DNA of 18,274 bases from Oligoflexia bacterium (GTDB lineage: Bacteria > Bdellovibrionota > UBA1018), in contig JAYTHP010000033.1 in the NCBI GenBank assembly GCA_043732485.1, positions 1-18,274 of the forward strand, read 5' to 3'. Both the position numbers and the translations under genes were made by a program. The notes under the pieces are model-generated. The model saw nothing but the letters and a program-made list of their open reading frames with translations, did no database searches and was not told where the DNA came from. Below, piece after piece: positions 15,847 through 18,274 of the stretch. The number at the start of each line of letters is the position of its first letter. The stretch's first letter is position 1.

Positions 15847-17438
15847 TTGCCGTAGGGAAAGCCTACCGTGTAATTGGGATAGGTGTAGGTGCCTGAGTTA
15901 TAGAAGTAACTCGTGCCACTGGTATCGCTTAAGGCGCTCGTTGCCGCAGAAGGAAACAGTTCATCCCAAACGATCAAGTCGTGCAAGCTGGTAGGAGCAA
16001 GCGGTGAGACGTCAAAGGGATTGCTGGAGCTAAAGACTGCATAAGGATTGGAAGCGTCAGTAATCCCGACGAAGCCCAAAGTAGCCAAGCCGTAACGAAG
16101 CGTGGAAGAGGCTACTGTCCAGCCACCAGAATTAAGGGCGACGTTTGCTGAGGCGTAAGCGGCTGTTGTACTCCAAGAACGAATCATGACCCGAATCCGG
16201 TACTGCAAGTCAAAGGCGCTATCCAGGCACTCGTACATATAAAACGGCTGAGCCTTGGACGAGGTGGGACTGCCTGCGACCAGCGAAATGACGTTCACGC
16301 TTGAGGCGTTAGCGGTGCTGACGGTGGGTACTCTGGCGGTGTTATTGCTGGGGACGAAAGCAGACGGCCACTGTGAGGGGTCGTTAAAATTGTTGTTCTG
16401 GGTGCTCAGCGTTCTTGAGGACGGCGTAAAGTAATTAGCAATGTAGAGATTGCTATGCAGACTTTTATTCAGCGGCGAGACCACCGTGTAGGCGCCATTG
16501 AGACCGATGGTGGCGACATAATAAATGTCGGACTTTGGGAAGCCGTTGACATCCAGTTTTTGTAAGTCCACCGCTGGGCCTGCAATACACTTCCCTTCCT
16601 TCCCTCCCCAGGCGGTGAGTCCGCTAGTGCTGGGGTAACTGCCGGTACAGCAATTCAAGAAAGTTTGTGACAGATTCGCGGTGGTATCTGGAATACCGAT
16701 GGCGCTTGGGAGGCCTGTGGCTGAGGAGAAAATCCCGGCATTGCTACCGCCAAAGTTGCTGGAGTAAAGAGATTGCCAGCCTAGGAAATTATAAGGACAA
16801 TAGGGCAGGGGCGCAATGGTCAAATCGCCATCGACAAAAACCGAATTAGTGGCAAACGAGTAAGGGCTAGAGGTGGGAGCATAGGTTGGGACAATCGTGC
16901 TCGTGCCGGTGGGGAAATTATAGTACCAGGGCAAGGAAATCCTGACGTAAGTGCACATGCTGGCGGGCACGTTATGCTGCAGGGTGGCTCCCCAGTAGTA
17001 CAAATCGCCTTCATCGCCTTCAACATAACACATTAAATCGCGTAGGTCGGCTGAGCCCGACTGAATGGCACAAGGGGTGGTATAGCTGTAGCTATTTTGA
17101 CTCGATAAGCTCAAAGACCCGCTCGAATCCGACCCACCGTGAATAAGATAACTGACCGTGGGACTAGGCAAAAGCACCGAAACGCGGAAGCCTTCGCTAT
17201 CATTGACGATACCTACCGGCGTGATCACCGTCACGGTCGAGGCTGAGACGCTAGGCACCGGAGTGACGCCTGCCAGGGGCCCGGCTTTTTTCAAGCAGCC
17301 GGTTAAAAGCACCCCGCTTGAAGCGAGCCCTGCAAGCGTCAGGCTGCTGAGCGTCAGGCTCACCGCCAAAGAAGACGCGGCGGCGGAAGTCCAGACGGAC
17401 AACAAGACCTTGAAAATGAAACGGCAAAGAGATCGCAT
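15843..17438 (-). CDS. Cys-containing Ser/Thr/aromatic-rich hypothetical lipoprotein
   Basis: 531 aa ORF with lipobox LLTG-C at Cys48 after a long hydrophobic N-terminus. Further cysteines follow (TPCAI, LMCYVE, SMCTY, YCPY, NCCTG, KCIAGP, YECLD). Confidence 0.75.
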   Translation of the reverse strand: MRSLCRFIFKVLLSVWTSAAASSLAVSLTLSSLTLAGLASSGVLLTGCLKKAGPLAGVTPVPSVSASTVTVITPVGIVNDSEGFRVSVLLPSPTVSYLIHGGSDSSGSLSLSSQNSYSYTTPCAIQSGSADLRDLMCYVEGDEGDLYYWGATLQHNVPASMCTYVRISLPWYYNFPTGTSTIVPTYAPTSSPYSFATNSVFVDGDLTIAPLPYCPYNFLGWQSLYSSNFGGSNAGIFSSATGLPSAIGIPDTTANLSQTFLNCCTGSYPSTSGLTAWGGKEGKCIAGPAVDLQKLDVNGFPKSDIYYVATIGLNGAYTVVSPLNKSLHSNLYIANYFTPSSRTLSTQNNNFNDPSQWPSAFVPSNNTARVPTVSTANASSVNVISLVAGSPTSSKAQPFYMYECLDSAFDLQYRIRVMIRSWSTTAAYASANVALNSGGWTVASSTLRYGLATLGFVGITDASNPYAVFSSSNPFDVSPLAPTSLHDLIVWDELFPSAATSALSDTSGTSYFYNSGTYTYPNYTVGFPYGN

Positions 17439-17445
17439 ACGTGTG

Positions 17446-17472
17446 TTATCGTGAGGCGGGAGGAAAAACTTA
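17446..17472 (-). promoter_or_regulatory. Putative sigma-28 (FliA) promoter of the lipoprotein gene
   Basis: Minus strand: TAAG (17472-17469), 15 nt, CACGATAA (17453-17446), against the consensus TAAA-N15-GCCGATAA. ATG lies 7 nt downstream. Confidence 0.5.
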
Positions 17473-17516
17473 AATTTTTATCGCAACCCCTCCTCAAATC
17501 ACGCCAGCCCGAATTC

Positions 17517-17542
17517 AGTCCCAAGTCCCAAGTCCCAAGTCC
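17517..17542. repeat. Heptamer tandem repeat (AGTCCCA)x3.7
   Basis: AGTCCCA AGTCCCA AGTCCCA AGTCC read directly from the sequence. Confidence 0.85.
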
Positions 17543-17632
17543 TACGATCAGGTCAGTCAGCTTTTTGACGGAAGGGAAAGCCCTGCTGCACCTCGCATAG
17601 GCAAATGTTGGCTGGGTCTTTCTGCTTAAAAT

Positions 17633-18010
17633 TCACCAAAAGCTTGGCTGGGTTTTTTCCAGCGTTTTTTTATCGTTTTTTTTATCAATAAAGAGCGGGG
17701 TGGTGACGACCTCTAAAGGCAAACTGAGTCGCTTTGCAAAGTACACCCGTATCGCAATCTCGCTCATGGGTAGAAGACGCTTGGTGCTTGCTTTCTCCCA
17801 ACTCAAAACCCCTGCATCACTCAGGCCGATTTGACTGGCAAAGTCACGACGAGACATACCAAAAATCTTCCTAAAAAACTCCACTTCACGGCCACAAATA
17901 GGACGCTTTTGGAGAAGGAGTTCCTCGCCGATGCGAATCTCCATTTGCTTTAAGACCTTAGAATCAACAAGTAGACCAAACTCTAAATCCTTTTGCGCGT
18001 ATCCGCTCAT
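17633..18010 (-). CDS. XRE-family HTH protein, MqsA/HigA antitoxin-like
   Basis: GREVEFFRKIFGMSRRDFASQIGLSDAGVLSWEK matches an HTH_3 pattern at the C-terminus. Confidence 0.75.
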   Translation of the reverse strand: MSGYAQKDLEFGLLVDSKVLKQMEIRIGEELLLQKRPICGREVEFFRKIFGMSRRDFASQIGLSDAGVLSWEKASTKRLLPMSEIAIRVYFAKRLSLPLEVVTTPLFIDKKNDKKTLEKTQPSFW

Positions 18011-18175
18011 AAAGTTGTGATTCCCATGATTTGGTAGCCGATAACGCCCTAAGGTCCCCCTGGTTTCTAGCGCCCCTGAAGGTAAAGACCGACCCCTTTG
18101 ATCAACCGACCTCCTTTTGAGTGGGACATCGGAAACCAGTCAAGCTCAAGCGAGCATGATTCAAGAGGAGGGGGT

Positions 18176-18203
18176 GCTGGCAGCCCCTTAGGGAGCTGCC
18201 AGC
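18176..18203. other. GC-rich inverted repeat without a U-tract
   Basis: GCTGGCAGC-CCCTTAGGGA-GCTGCCAGC forms a perfect 9-bp stem. Confidence 0.55.
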
Positions 18204-18274
18204 GTGGGCGTCTGCCGAGTGGCCTTTTGGATAATCAGGTCAGGAAGCCAGGGGATTTGCCCGCGCTGATGGAT

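Noticed and set aside
13944..17454. Short ORFs antisense to or within pnp and the lipoprotein gene
   Set aside because: They are shadow ORFs without independent signals.
18010..18044. Plus-strand TAAAG...GCCGATAA sigma-28-like motif
   Set aside because: The spacer is 23 nt rather than about 15, and no clear downstream gene is visible.
1..18274. CRISPR array, tRNA/rRNA, transposase/integrase, defence operon, oriC
   Set aside because: I saw no spaced direct repeats, cloverleaf or rRNA signatures, recombinase motifs or DnaA-box clusters.

Overview
Mostly housekeeping bacterial DNA of roughly 50% GC, tentatively from the Bdellovibrionota/deltaproteobacterial radiation (inferred from gene content). 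Gene order: partial secreted protein with a methyltransferase-like motif (-, absent from the ORF track), small conserved hypothetical (+), rdgB (+), YdcF/DUF218 (-), rpmB (+), a 630-bp structured non-coding gap, maeB (-), outer-membrane beta-barrel fusion (+), membrane-anchored exported protein (+), M16 peptidase (-), AstE/AspA-family M14 hydrolase (-), RpoH-like sigma factor (+), rpsO (+), pnp (+), Cys-rich lipoprotein (-), XRE/MqsA-like HTH protein (-). I found no tRNA, rRNA, CRISPR array or IS element, and no clearly new multi-gene system. The best leads are repeated promoter-like motifs placed for leaderless translation, several lacking the -7 T; a sigma-28-like promoter on an uncharacterised lipoprotein; an orphan promoter ahead of a structured RNA candidate; an S15 insertion; and several uncharacterised exported proteins. 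All family assignments come from motifs read by eye, not from database searches.
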